From Lingula anatina (Eukaryota; Animalia; Brachiopoda), in assembly GCA_051362555.1 (NCBI GenBank), contig CM120647.1, forward strand, positions 18,266,651 through 18,330,650: 64,000 nt of DNA, written 5' to 3'. The notes beneath the pieces are model-generated. The model did not search any database and was not told the origin of the DNA. It saw only the letters and a list, made by a program, of their open reading frames with translations. Made by a program: the position numbers and the translations under genes. This document shows, one piece after another, positions 63,931 to 64,000 of this stretch. Each line of letters opens with the position of its first letter. Within the stretch, counting starts at the first letter, position 1.

Positions 63931-64000
63931 AAGTGAAATGCTGAAAATTGGTATTTTTGAAAATGCAAACAATCAATGAAAATTGATATCTTGGGCATCA

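Overview
AT-rich, intron-rich animal genomic DNA, probably from a marine invertebrate bilaterian. It is not prokaryotic, and I found no CRISPR array, rRNA or intact tRNA. Hand-splicing with GT-AG and phase checks gives seven host genes. These are the first coding exon of a rhodopsin-class GPCR (-, 4645-5069), MRPS14 (-, 14616-17022; mostly missed by the ORF track), eEF1A (+, 21527-25236; TATA + 5'TOP promoter), NUP42/NUPL2 (+, 26932-35736), an unnamed type II membrane protein with a Tyr/PxxP tail, mucin stalk and two PAN/apple domains (+, 41412-54732), PDCL3 (-, 56396-59490) and the 5' part of PHF20/PHF20L1 (+, from 59623). PDCL3 and PHF20/PHF20L1 share a 132-bp bidirectional promoter. Introns and spacers hold many, often nested, non-autonomous DNA transposons (Harbinger/Tourist-, Kolobok-, hAT-, P- and foldback-like). 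There are also Helentron-associated (HINE) elements, one building a 146-bp higher-order satellite full of DR1 nuclear-receptor sites, a young 5'-truncated RTE LINE, and a decayed SAP-SWIM-YqaJ/DDE transposon. All calls come from reading the sequence; no database search was run.
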